Below, one piece after another: positions 9,268-19,049 of a DNA stretch of 64,000 nucleotides. Made by a program: the position numbers and the translations under genes. Location: assembly GCA_001778235.1 (NCBI GenBank), contig MFGJ01000006.1, positions 98,092 to 162,091 of the forward strand, written 5' to 3'. How positions within the stretch are numbered: the first letter of the stretch is position 1; every line of letters begins with the position of its first letter. This stretch comes from Candidatus Falkowbacteria bacterium RIFOXYC2_FULL_36_12 (GTDB lineage: Bacteria > Patescibacteriota > Patescibacteriia > UBA11705). Under the pieces are notes generated by a model, which ran no database searches, was not told the DNA's origin, and saw only the letters and a program-made list of their open reading frames with translations.

Positions 9268-10233
9268 TTAGAAATTTAGAGGGATATAATAAAATTCAAT
9301 GTCATTATAGTTGTTGGAATTGAATTGTTTGATGTAAAAAACTCGATTTTCTCCTTCTTTGAATAAGTCCATGGTATTTTTTTCTAGGTCAATGTGATAA
9401 ATGGCAGATTTCGCATTGTCAGCTGAAGACTCAACTGCGGCGAAAACTAAATTTTTACCATTTGGAGAAAAAGTTATGTCTCCATATTGATTGTACTTTT
9501 CTGGAACCAAATATTTGTGGACATCTTTGGATGCAAGGTTTAGAACAAAAATATTGTCTTCCCATCTGTAAGTAAGTAATTTTTCATCTACTGATAAATC
9601 TTCAAGAATACCTTTTGTGTCCATACCAAAAATCTGTTCAAATGATTTATCTCGAAGGTTGTATTTGTAGAGATTATGAGCGCCAACTCCGGAATAAAGT
9701 ATTAAACCACCAAAACCTAATGGTTCGGTGTAGAAGTAAACATTGTCTGCTGTTTGCTTGAAAATCCCCATGAACATACCATCATTATTAGTTTCAGCTG
9801 GGAATTCAAGTTGTTTGATAACAGTGTCACCATCTTTGAGGGTGAAGGATGTTGGAAATCCGCCTTTGGTTTCATCATAATTTCCTTGGATTGTTTCAAT
9901 TTTTATGTCTGCAATTGGAGGATTTTCTTGGAGTTTTTTTATCAATTCTGCGTTGGTGGTTGATTGTTCTTCAGTCAGAGCAAGGGCGTCTTTGGCTTGT
10001 TGCAGTTCAGATTGTAGCGTTGATTTTTCTTGTGAAAATTGATTGCCTTGCCAGAAGTAAACTCCGGCTCCAGCCCCACCGGCACCAATGATAAGAGCGA
10101 CTAGTCCGATAATAATAGTCAGCACTGTGCTGGTGCCACTAGAACTTGGTGATGTTTGAGGAATTTCTTCGTTTGGTAAAAGAGGTTTTTCTTCTCGACC
10201 AAGATTGTTTGGCATAGTGTTAATGTTATCCAT
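9268..10233 (-). CDS. membrane-anchored protein with coiled-coil and PD40/TolB-like beta-propeller repeats
   Basis: TM helix (GLVALIIGAGGAGAGVYFW), coiled-coil segment, SPNGKNLVF PD40-like repeat. Confidence 0.4.
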   Translation of the reverse strand: MDNINTMPNNLGREEKPLLPNEEIPQTSPSSSGTSTVLTIIIGLVALIIGAGGAGAGVYFWQGNQFSQEKSTLQSELQQAKDALALTEEQSTTNAELIKKLQENPPIADIKIETIQGNYDETKGGFPTSFTLKDGDTVIKQLEFPAETNNDGMFMGIFKQTADNVYFYTEPLGFGGLILYSGVGAHNLYKYNLRDKSFEQIFGMDTKGILEDLSVDEKLLTYRWEDNIFVLNLASKDVHKYLVPEKYNQYGDITFSPNGKNLVFAAVESSADNAKSAIYHIDLEKNTMDLFKEGENRVFYIKQFNSNNYNDIEFYYIPLNF

Positions 10234-10376
10234 AAAATAAATTTAATTACATGCCAATATTATAACATAATTTGATTTAATCATGAAAATATTGCTGTTG
10301 ATTAAATATAGAGAAATGGTAAGATTGAATTAAGTTTGAAGGTGATTGAGTTTTGAAGTTTACAAATAAAGATTTT

Positions 10377-10600
10377 TTGAATGCTTCGCAGAGTCCCCCC
10401 TGATCAAGTCCGGGGCATGCTTTTTGGCAGTCTGCCTGTTGCCTGCCTGCCGCCTGCCTGCCTGTAGGCAGGGTAGGCAGGCAAAAAGAATGTGGAGATT
10501 CAATGCGAATTGCTTGTTCATACTTAGTGCATTGATTACACGCAGAATCCTCCCAGACCTGCCTTCATCAAGATTACGGCAGGCAAGCCCCGATGTTGGT
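10377..10600. repeat. composite intergenic repeat: family C (GCTTCGCAGAGTCCCCCC..GATCAAGTCCGG) + CCTGCCTG tandem hairpin + family A hairpin
   Basis: 10377-10426 matches 41925-41975; 10436-10492 is (CCTGCCTG)n inverted repeat; 10552-10600 is family A copy. Confidence 0.6.
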
Positions 10601-10700
10601 AATGTTTGTGGTTTTATCACGAGAGAAATGAATATATTCTCAAAAAAAAAGATACGAGTAAAAAGTTAAAAGTTAAAAAAAATTAGTAAATTTATCTTTT

Positions 10701-12473
10701 ATGGATCCGGTAGAAGAAATAAAAAGAAAATTGGATATTGTTCAGATTATTGGAGAATATGTTGAGTTGAAACAAGCTGGTCAGAGTTTCAAGGGCAAAT
10801 GTCCATTCCATAATGAAAAAACCCCATCATTTGTTGTTAATCAAGATCGGCAGTTTTATTATTGTTTTGGCTGTAATGAAGGTGGAGATATGTTTTCTTT
10901 TTTGCAAAAATATGAGAATTTGGATTTTCCAGAAGCTCTGAAAATTTTAGCTGGTAAGGCAGGATTGACATTGGATCGTTTTAATCCCAGGGCAACCAGT
11001 AGAAAAACTAGATTATATGATTTATTAGCAGATGTTACAGAATTTTGGATAAAAAAATTAAATTCTGATCAAGGAAAGGTTGCTCTAGAATATTTGGGTA
11101 AAAGAGGTTTGAGTTCAGAAATTCAGGAAAAATTTAAATTGGGCTATGCCCCTGATAGTTGGGATCAGACGCTCAATTATTTGAAAGAAAAAGGTTATGC
11201 TGAACGAGAAATTTTTGATGCAGGATTGATTATTCGAAAAAATTTAGGTAGTAGCTATTATGATCGTTTTCGAAATAGGATAATTTTTCCAATCCGTGAT
11301 ATTCACGGCAGTATTGTTGGTTTTACTGCTAGAGCACTTGATCCAGAGGAAAAAGCTAAATATATTAATTCTCCTGAAACTGAAATTTATAAAAAAAGTG
11401 ATGTTTTGTATGGTTTTGATATAGCAAAAAAAGCGATTAAAGAAAAAGCATATATTATTTTGGTTGAAGGTAATATGGATGTAATCGCTTCGCATCGTGC
11501 AAAGGTTGAAAATGTGGTCGCGGTTTCAGGTACAGCCTTGACCGACAAGCAACTTGATTTAATAAAGAGGTACACAGAAAATGTTGTTATGTGTTTTGAC
11601 ATGGATGAGGCTGGACAAAAGGCTGCTGGTCGTTCAATTGATTTAGCGATTAAACATGGGATGAATATAAAAGTTGTTGTGCTCACAGGTGCCAAGGATC
11701 CAGATGAGATGGTGAATCAAGATCCGAATTTGTGGGTAAAAGCTTTGTCCAACTCAAAAATAATTATGCAGTATTATTTTGATAAATATTTTGACGGATA
11801 TGAACCGAGCGATGTTCAAAAGAAAAAAGAAATTGCCAGAAGTTTGCTCACAGAGATCAATAAATTAGTTGATAAAATTGAACAAGAACATTGGCTTCGA
11901 GAGTTAAGTTATCGTCTAAATGTTCCAATCCAACTTTTAAGCGATAGTTTACCAACAAGACAGAAAATGCAAGAAAAGACAAATTTGAAATCAGTAAATA
12001 ATTTATCAAGTAAAAAGAATTTTGAAAAAGATTATTTGATTAAGCTGATAATCAGTTTGGCGCTCAATCATTTTGAATTGGTACATCTGCTTATTGAAAG
12101 GCTGGAAATCGAGATGATTGATGGGGCATATGAGGTATTTTACAAAAATATTATTAACTGGTATAATAAAACTAGCTTAAAAAATCAGAGGAATCTCTTT
12201 GAATATTTAATTGAAAATGTTGAAGGATTGGATGAAGCAAATTTGAATTCACTTGTATTATTAAAGGATCAATACATTGAAGACTTGAAAGACGAAGAGC
12301 TGGAATCAGAATGTCTAAAAATCATCAATCTCTTGAAGAAAAAGTATTATTCAGCTAGGATTACGGAGATTGACTATCAGATTAGGCAGTTCGAAAGCAG
12401 TGGGCGCAAGGATTTAATAGCTGATTTGTACAAACAATTACAGGATATAAATTATAAAAAAAATAAACTATAA
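10701..12473 (+). CDS. dnaG: DNA primase
   Basis: CHC2 zinc finger CPFHNEKTPSF, TOPRIM motif EGNMDV, 590 aa, immediately upstream of rpoD. Confidence 0.9.
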   Translation: MDPVEEIKRKLDIVQIIGEYVELKQAGQSFKGKCPFHNEKTPSFVVNQDRQFYYCFGCNEGGDMFSFLQKYENLDFPEALKILAGKAGLTLDRFNPRATSRKTRLYDLLADVTEFWIKKLNSDQGKVALEYLGKRGLSSEIQEKFKLGYAPDSWDQTLNYLKEKGYAEREIFDAGLIIRKNLGSSYYDRFRNRIIFPIRDIHGSIVGFTARALDPEEKAKYINSPETEIYKKSDVLYGFDIAKKAIKEKAYIILVEGNMDVIASHRAKVENVVAVSGTALTDKQLDLIKRYTENVVMCFDMDEAGQKAAGRSIDLAIKHGMNIKVVVLTGAKDPDEMVNQDPNLWVKALSNSKIIMQYYFDKYFDGYEPSDVQKKKEIARSLLTEINKLVDKIEQEHWLRELSYRLNVPIQLLSDSLPTRQKMQEKTNLKSVNNLSSKKNFEKDYLIKLIISLALNHFELVHLLIERLEIEMIDGAYEVFYKNIINWYNKTSLKNQRNLFEYLIENVEGLDEANLNSLVLLKDQYIEDLKDEELESECLKIINLLKKKYYSARITEIDYQIRQFESSGRKDLIADLYKQLQDINYKKNKL

Positions 12474-12533
12474 TTATAATAAGCAAAATTTAGTTTATCA
12501 AAACTGAAAATTTTTCAGTACATTTTTCAATTT

Positions 12534-13805
12534 ATGGCAAGAATAAAAGCTGACAAAAGAAAAAATGCCAAAAAAACTGCCTCAAAAACAGTTGAAAAAA
12601 GTAAAAAAAGCAGAGCAAATACTAAGCCTGCTAAAAAATTACCCCGTAAATTTAATTGGGGATCAAAGCCTGCAAAGGCAATAAAAAGCAACAAAGTGCG
12701 GTATCAAAAAGAAATACCGCCAACAACTGAAGAAATACAAAAACTCATTGGCAAGGGCAAAATGAGAAATTTTTTAACTGAAGAAGAAGTTCTTCGGGTT
12801 TTTCGATCAGTTGAAGATTACATTGATTTATACGAAGAATTTCTAGACGATAGTGATACTGCTGGAATAAAGATTGTTGAATTAAAGGGTGGAGTTTTGA
12901 CCAAGAGAGAAGATAGAGATAAGGTATTGATTTCTGCTGGTTTGTCTGGTGTGGAATCTGGTCGAAACGAGGTTATGGAGTTGTCGGCTGATTCAATTCA
13001 AATGTATTTGAGGGAGATTGGAAAAGTCCCACTGCTTAAACATGAAGAGGAATTGAATTTGGCCAAGAGAAAAGAAAAAGGTGACAAAGAAGCGGAGAAA
13101 AAAATTATCGAGGCTAATTTGAGGTTGGTGGTTTCTATTGCCAAGCGTTTTGTTGGTAAGAGCTTGTCTTTGCTTGATTTAATCCAAGAAGGAAATATCG
13201 GGTTGTTTCGAGCAGTAGAGAAGTTTGAATATAGAAAGGGTTATAAATTCTCAACTTATGCTACTTGGTGGATTCGCCAAGCGATTACCAGAGCTTTGGC
13301 TGATCAATCTCGAACAATTCGTATTCCAGTCCACATGGTTGAAACTATTAATAAGTTTCAGCAGATTGAACGACGATTGATCCAAGATCTTGGTCGTGAG
13401 CCAATGCCTGAAGAAATTTCTGCTGAAATGGGCGAAGATTTGGTCAAGGTAAATTATATTATTAAAATTTCACAGGAAACAATTTCACTTGAGACTTCAG
13501 TCGGTGATGATGATGAAGATTCAACGCTTGAAGATTTCATCGAGGATGTAAAAAATGTTTCTCCTGACCGAAGTGCGGCTCTGCAATTACTGAAGGATTA
13601 TGTTCGTGAAACAATTAAGGAATTGTCTCCGCGTGAACAAAAGATACTTGAAATGCGTTTTGGTTTGATTGATGGTGTCGCTCATACCTTGGAAGAGGTC
13701 GGTGCAGAGTTTGATGTTACTCGTGAGCGTATTCGTCAAATTGAAGCTAAAGCTTTGGAAAAGATTCAACAATTCAAAGGTATTGAGAAGTTGCGGGATT
13801 ATTAG
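12534..13805 (+). CDS. rpoD: RNA polymerase sigma factor sigma-70
   Basis: regions 2-4: [25 protein letters not shown]-terminal HTH; TAG stop. Confidence 0.9.
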   Translation: MARIKADKRKNAKKTASKTVEKSKKSRANTKPAKKLPRKFNWGSKPAKAIKSNKVRYQKEIPPTTEEIQKLIGKGKMRNFLTEEEVLRVFRSVEDYIDLYEEFLDDSDTAGIKIVELKGGVLTKREDRDKVLISAGLSGVESGRNEVMELSADSIQMYLREIGKVPLLKHEEELNLAKRKEKGDKEAEKKIIEANLRLVVSIAKRFVGKSLSLLDLIQEGNIGLFRAVEKFEYRKGYKFSTYATWWIRQAITRALADQSRTIRIPVHMVETINKFQQIERRLIQDLGREPMPEEISAEMGEDLVKVNYIIKISQETISLETSVGDDDEDSTLEDFIEDVKNVSPDRSAALQLLKDYVRETIKELSPREQKILEMRFGLIDGVAHTLEEVGAEFDVTRERIRQIEAKALEKIQQFKGIEKLRDY

Positions 13806-13990
13806 AGATGCAAATATACAAATACTACAAATATTACAAATGCTAGAGATGCTAGAGATACGAAATTACGAAAGATTACGAACATTACAAAAGTTAGAAC
13901 TATGAGTTACAAAACTATTTCGCAAAAGCCTGTTTGAGGCAGACTGGGCGGATGCGCCTATGGCGCGAAATACTAGAGATACGGATGTTA
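13806..13990. repeat. low-complexity microsatellite-like region (TACAAAT / GCTAGAGAT / ATTACGAA units)
   Basis: visible short tandem units downstream of rpoD. Confidence 0.4.
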
Positions 13991-14088
13991 TATCCAATAA
14001 GACAAGGGCTAGATGAATAAATGGGCAGGGCTCAATTCGGATTGAAGTTATAAAAAGATTTATATAGAGGTTTAGTCTTAATTATTTT

Positions 14089-14712
14089 ATGAATAAAATA
14101 TTAATGTGGATTCTAATTATTTTGGCAGTTCTCGGAGTATCCGTGGTTGCAATTGTTGAATATGAATCCAAGCAGACTTTTAAGAAACCCGCCATTTATC
14201 TTTACCCGACCGAAGACTCATTTATAAATGTAAAATTAGATGTAAATGGAAAAATAATCCAAGACATTCCAAAATATGAAAATGGCTGGAATGTTTTTGT
14301 TACAAAAGATGGTGTAATTGAGGATAAATATGATTATCTGTTTTACGAGGCAAAGCTAAAAAGTAAACAACTTCCAAATGAAGGCTGGATTGTAGAATAT
14401 TCAAATTTGGAAAATTGGTTTGATGTTAACTTAATAAAATTAGGTTTGAATCAGAAAGAAGCAAGCCAATTTAAAGAATATTGGCTAGTAGAACTGCCCA
14501 AATCTGATTATTATGAGATAAAACTATTTGACCAATCTTTCCTAAAGAGAAATATGAATCTCATAATTTCACCGCAACCAGATACATTAATAAGATTAAA
14601 TTTCCACTTCAAACCACTAAAAGAACAAATTGAAATTGCCGAACCTCAAATAGTTATCCCAGAACGAAATGGATTTGTTGTTGTAGAATGGGGTGGAGTA
14701 TTAGATAGTTGA
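14089..14712 (+). CDS. hypothetical protein with N-terminal TM helix
   Basis: ORF only. Confidence 0.4.
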   Translation: MNKILMWILIILAVLGVSVVAIVEYESKQTFKKPAIYLYPTEDSFINVKLDVNGKIIQDIPKYENGWNVFVTKDGVIEDKYDYLFYEAKLKSKQLPNEGWIVEYSNLENWFDVNLIKLGLNQKEASQFKEYWLVELPKSDYYEIKLFDQSFLKRNMNLIISPQPDTLIRLNFHFKPLKEQIEIAEPQIVIPERNGFVVVEWGGVLDS

Positions 14713-14767
14713 GCCCTACCGTAAACCATTTTTTTAAAATGATGTTGTGTGAAATTGTGCACATATA

Positions 14768-15373
14768 TTGAATAGCTTTAATAAAAATATGACAAAATTA
14801 ATTTGGTTAATTTTATTTGTAGTCATTGTTGGTGGTGGATATTGGTATTGGCAGAATAGATACATTGATGATAGTCAGATTGGATTGACGGAAATAAACT
14901 TTGAAACAGTAGAAGCAGGTGATAATAAAATTCAGCCAAATGTTAATAAAAATTCAGTTGACGACACTTCCAGTGAAAAAGAAAATGTTGAAAAGTCAGT
15001 TTTGAATGAAAATAATGAGCAGATTGAAACAGTGGAGGCTTTGCTTCAGTCCGTGATGGAGCAGTTTTATAAAGCAGTTGAAGCCAAGGATTTTAGTCAA
15101 TTTTATATCTGGTTAGATTCTGGTTTTGCCAAAACAACATCTGCGGAAGATTTGGAACAGTCATTTTCAGTTTATTTTGACAAATTATATTTACTTCAAC
15201 CGATAAGTGATGGTGAATTGGATTTTTCTGAAACAACCACTCCTGATGGAGGTAATTATAATGGAACATTTACTAATGATGAGAGAATAGTTAGTTTTGA
15301 AATCGGTTTGTCAAAGGCTGAAGTTCCAGATCGAAAAATCAGGAAAATTATTGTTGATGTTAGTAAAAAATAA
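14768..15373 (+). CDS. hypothetical protein with N-terminal TM helix
   Basis: ORF only. Confidence 0.4.
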   Translation: MNSFNKNMTKLIWLILFVVIVGGGYWYWQNRYIDDSQIGLTEINFETVEAGDNKIQPNVNKNSVDDTSSEKENVEKSVLNENNEQIETVEALLQSVMEQFYKAVEAKDFSQFYIWLDSGFAKTTSAEDLEQSFSVYFDKLYLLQPISDGELDFSETTTPDGGNYNGTFTNDERIVSFEIGLSKAEVPDRKIRKIIVDVSKK

Positions 15374-15593
15374 ATAAAATATCTTTGATTTTGGTGTTTT
15401 TTAAGTTAAATTCATCTATTGATTTAATTTTATTATTTTGTTAGTATAAGAAGGCAATATTTATTGTGTCTGTCTAAGTTCCTTTGGAGTTTTAGTCAGA
15501 CACGCGATAGCTCCCGCCTACGCTCCTATAGGAGCGTAGGCGGATAAACAGTCGGTTTTCGACTTCGCTATCGCGTATTCAAATGTAAATTAT

Positions 15594-15669
15594 TCCGCGA
15601 TAGCTCAGTCGGTAGAGCAACTGGCTGTTAACCAGTGGGTCGTCGGTTCGAGTCCGACTCGCGGAGCCA
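15594..15669 (+). tRNA. tRNA-Asn(GUU)
   Basis: acceptor TCCGCGA/TCGCGGA, D-arm TAGCTCAGTCGGTAGAGC, anticodon loop CTGTTAA, T-loop TTCGAGT, discriminator G + CCA. Confidence 0.85.
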
Positions 15670-15674
15670 AAGAA

Positions 15675-15706
15675 AAAAGACAAGCATCGCTTGTCTTTTT
15701 TCTGTT
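15675..15706 (+). terminator. rho-independent terminator after tRNA-Asn
   Basis: AGACAAGC-ATCG-CTTGTCT hairpin followed by T-run. Confidence 0.5.
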
Positions 15707-15779
15707 TTAAATATGCAATTTTTATTAAGAGTCAAAGCCTATTGCAAACTATTCGCATTTATGATAGTATGAAAATGAT

Positions 15780-16157
15780 ATGGAAAAAATAAAGCAACAA
15801 TTAATAAAATCTGGATATAAATTAACCAAAGCGCGATTAGTTGTTTTGGAGTATTTATATTTGAATCACCTGACAGTTTCAGCCAGAAAATTGCACCAGG
15901 AAGTCAAAGTATGTGATCAGGCTTCGGTTTATAGAACTCTAAATCTATTTGAAAAATTAAATCTGGTTAATGTTGAAATAGTTAATAAAGAAAAAATTTA
16001 TTGTTTATCTGAAAAACCGCATCATCATATTATTTGCAAGAAATGTGGTTATAGTGAACTTGTGGTGTGTAATCATGACTTTACTAGATTTAAAAAATTT
16101 GAAAATGTTTCCCATCAATTAACCTTGATAGGAGTATGTAAAAAATGTAATAAATAA
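15780..16157 (+). CDS. zur: Fur-family transcriptional regulator (probable Zur)
   Basis: HHHIICKKCG and C-terminal CKKC metal-site motifs; directly upstream of znuABC. Confidence 0.75.
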   Translation: MEKIKQQLIKSGYKLTKARLVVLEYLYLNHLTVSARKLHQEVKVCDQASVYRTLNLFEKLNLVNVEIVNKEKIYCLSEKPHHHIICKKCGYSELVVCNHDFTRFKKFENVSHQLTLIGVCKKCNK

Positions 16158-16178
16158 AATAATATTCAATTTCAAAAT

Positions 16179-17105
16179 ATGAAAAAACTGATTTTTGGTG
16201 CAATATTTTTGATGGTTTCATTGTTGATTTTATCCGGGTGTATTAACAAGTCTGTCCAAGATAATGTTAATAAATCTGATAAATTAACAGTAGCTGTTTC
16301 AATCTTTCCGATTTTTGACATAGTGAAACAGGTAGCTGGCGATAAAATTGATACTACTTTGATTTTATCACCCGGTTCCAGTCCCCACACTTATGAAATA
16401 ACACCGACTGAAGTAAAGAAGTTGCAGGGAGCTGAATTATTGATTGTTACTGGCCTTGGGATTGATGATTGGATTTTGAATGTGGCAAATTCAATTCCCG
16501 GAAGTACAGTGTTTGATTTGAGCAAATTTGTGAAGTTGCAAGAATATAATTTACAAGGAGCCAATCATATTCCCGACCCAGATGAACAGGGTAATCAGAT
16601 TTATGATCCACATTATTGGCTTGAACCAAATAATGCTATAATTATTGCGGAAACAATTGAGAAAAAATTCTCTGAATTGGATCCTGAAAATGCTGGTTAT
16701 TATGAGGAATCTGCACAAACATTTATTGATAAAATAAATTTCCAGGACAAGGTTTGGACAAGTAAATTAAACAAAATACAACAAAAAGACATCTTGGTGT
16801 TTCATGACGCTTGGGGATATTTTGCTGATCATTTTGGATTATTTATTGCGGCATCGTTTGAACCATTCCCAGTCCAAGAGCCAACACCGAAATATTTAAA
16901 AGAATTACAAGATATTGTTAATGAAAAGAAGATAAAAACTATTTTTGTCGAGCCACAACTGTCAACGCAATCAATATCTGCTTTGGCGAAAGATCTTGGT
17001 GTTTCAATAAATGTATTGGACCCATTGGGTGGCGTGAACGGTCGTAATTCTTACATTGAGTTGATAGATTTCAATGTTAATAATATTTACGATTTGTTGA
17101 AATAG
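16179..17105 (+). CDS. znuA: metal ABC transporter substrate-binding lipoprotein (ZnuA/TroA family)
   Basis: lipobox-like LSGC, DPHYWL motif, operon context. Confidence 0.75.
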   Translation: MKKLIFGAIFLMVSLLILSGCINKSVQDNVNKSDKLTVAVSIFPIFDIVKQVAGDKIDTTLILSPGSSPHTYEITPTEVKKLQGAELLIVTGLGIDDWILNVANSIPGSTVFDLSKFVKLQEYNLQGANHIPDPDEQGNQIYDPHYWLEPNNAIIIAETIEKKFSELDPENAGYYEESAQTFIDKINFQDKVWTSKLNKIQQKDILVFHDAWGYFADHFGLFIAASFEPFPVQEPTPKYLKELQDIVNEKKIKTIFVEPQLSTQSISALAKDLGVSINVLDPLGGVNGRNSYIELIDFNVNNIYDLLK

Positions 17106-17149
17106 GGCCAGTAAATGAAGTGCTGAATTTATAATACAAACTATTTTAT

Positions 17150-17866
17150 ATGGATAAAAAGGTGATTGAGGTAAAAAATTTAACATACAAATTTGATGAT
17201 TTTGTTGCATTAGACAAAATAAATTTTGATGTTGGAAAAGGTGATATTGTTGCAATAATTGGTCCAAATGGTTCGGGTAAAAGTACTTTGTTAAAATGTA
17301 TCATCGGGATGAATAAACCAACTGATGGAAGTGTTAAAATTTTTGGCAAGAATCCAAGACAGGTTGTGAAAAATATTGGCTATGTGCCACAGAATTTTGA
17401 ATTTGATCGGAATATCCCGATTACTGTTTATGAATTTATGGGGTTAGAAAAGTGTGGTGAATTAAAACACAGTCATTCCAATATAAAAAATGTATTAAAA
17501 GATGTAGGTCTTAGTAATGTGGAGCAGAAAAAATTGGGGGAATTGTCTGGAGGGCAATTCCAAAGAGTGATGATTGCGAGGGCCTTGTTGCATGAAAAGA
17601 AACTATTGATATTTGATGAACCATCATCTGGTATTGACATTGTTGGTGAGCAAACAATTTACGATTTGATTGAAGAAATAAATTTGGATAGAGGCACTAC
17701 TTGTTTGATTGTGTCTCATGAATTGAATATTGTAAATAAATATGCCAATAAAGTAATTTGTTTAAATAAAAAAATGATTTGTTTCGGTTCTCCTGAATCA
17801 GTGATTACACCAGCGAACTTGAAAAAACTTTACGGAATTGGAGCAGGTCTTTATCACTCACATTAA
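17150..17866 (+). CDS. znuC: metal ABC transporter ATP-binding protein
   Basis: Walker A GPNGSGKST, signature LSGGQFQR, Walker B LIFDEP. Confidence 0.8.
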   Translation: MDKKVIEVKNLTYKFDDFVALDKINFDVGKGDIVAIIGPNGSGKSTLLKCIIGMNKPTDGSVKIFGKNPRQVVKNIGYVPQNFEFDRNIPITVYEFMGLEKCGELKHSHSNIKNVLKDVGLSNVEQKKLGELSGGQFQRVMIARALLHEKKLLIFDEPSSGIDIVGEQTIYDLIEEINLDRGTTCLIVSHELNIVNKYANKVICLNKKMICFGSPESVITPANLKKLYGIGAGLYHSH

Positions 17867-18683
17867 TATGTTAGAATTTTTACAATATCCATTTATGATA
17901 CGGGCGATAGTTTCTGGTGCTTTTATTGCTGTGCTTCTTGGTTGGCTTGGTACTTTTGTTGTGACTAGAAAGATGAGTTTAATCGGAGATGGTATTGCTC
18001 ACGCATCATTAGCCGGCATTGCTCTGGCATTACTTCTCGGCTGGATGCCAATACCAACAGCGGTTATTTTTGCTGTTTTTATTGCAGCCTTAATTTATTT
18101 ATTAGAAAAAAAGACAAGAATATCGAGTGATATGGCAATTGCGGTTATTTTTACAACCGGTATGGCTCTTGGTATTGTTTTGTTACATTTTTATCAGGGA
18201 TACCAACCAGAGTTGCTTAGTTATTTGTTTGGTAATATTTTGGCGATTAATTCTTATGATTTATTTAATATAATTGTTATTGGGGTGATAATTTTAATCT
18301 GTTTGTTTATTTTTTATCGTAAAATATTATTTAGTACATTTGATCCAGTAGGTGCCTATTTGTCAGGAATAAAACCGTGGGTTTATGATCTCGTGCTCTA
18401 TATCGCGACAGCAGTTTCTATTGTTTTAAGTATAAAACTTATTGGTATAATCTTGGTCAGTGCTTTGCTGGTTACTCCAAGCGCGATTGCCAGATTATTT
18501 GTAAAATCTTTTAAGGGATTTACTTTGTTAACAATTTTATTGTCAGTATTTATAGTTATTGCTGGATTGATATTATCTTATTATCTGGATTTACCATCTG
18601 GAGCTGTGATTGTGTTAACAGGTACAATCTCATTTATTGTAGGGTATTTAATTTCTCTAATATTAAAAAAAATTAAAAGTTGA
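17838..18683 (+). CDS. znuB: metal ABC transporter permease
   Basis: polytopic membrane protein overlapping znuC stop; ZnuB-like length. Confidence 0.75.
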   Translation: MEQVFITHINMLEFLQYPFMIRAIVSGAFIAVLLGWLGTFVVTRKMSLIGDGIAHASLAGIALALLLGWMPIPTAVIFAVFIAALIYLLEKKTRISSDMAIAVIFTTGMALGIVLLHFYQGYQPELLSYLFGNILAINSYDLFNIIVIGVIILICLFIFYRKILFSTFDPVGAYLSGIKPWVYDLVLYIATAVSIVLSIKLIGIILVSALLVTPSAIARLFVKSFKGFTLLTILLSVFIVIAGLILSYYLDLPSGAVIVLTGTISFIVGYLISLILKKIKS

Positions 18684-19049
18684 ATTATCAAAGTAAAAAT
18701 AGAGGTGTACTTTGTTTTTATCAGAAATTGGTAGAATCCGGACTAATTCTGAACTAAATTCAGGATAGGCTCCGAAGTGACAAGTTAGAAGGCGGGGTTT
18801 TTGTATGACTTGGTAAAACCACCAGTGTAAGCTGGTGGAGTTTCATTTAAATGGACGATATTAGTAGTATTCTGATTTAGAATTATGATTGATTGACAAA
18901 TATTAAAAAATATGTAATTATATTGGTTAGGAATTAAATAAATTAACGATATTACGATTTGTACTCTTAGACAGCTATTATTATCATAAAAATTGATCAA
19001 ATAGCTCTAAAATATAACAGTTTTAGGACTAGGGCAAATAAAACAATTT

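Noticed and set aside
10424-10669. Small ORFs translating ...PDLPSSRLRQASP... (also 37205..37393 and 42089..42310)
   Set aside because: The shared peptide is simply the translation of the family A repeat hairpin. These are intergenic repeat copies, not a protein family.
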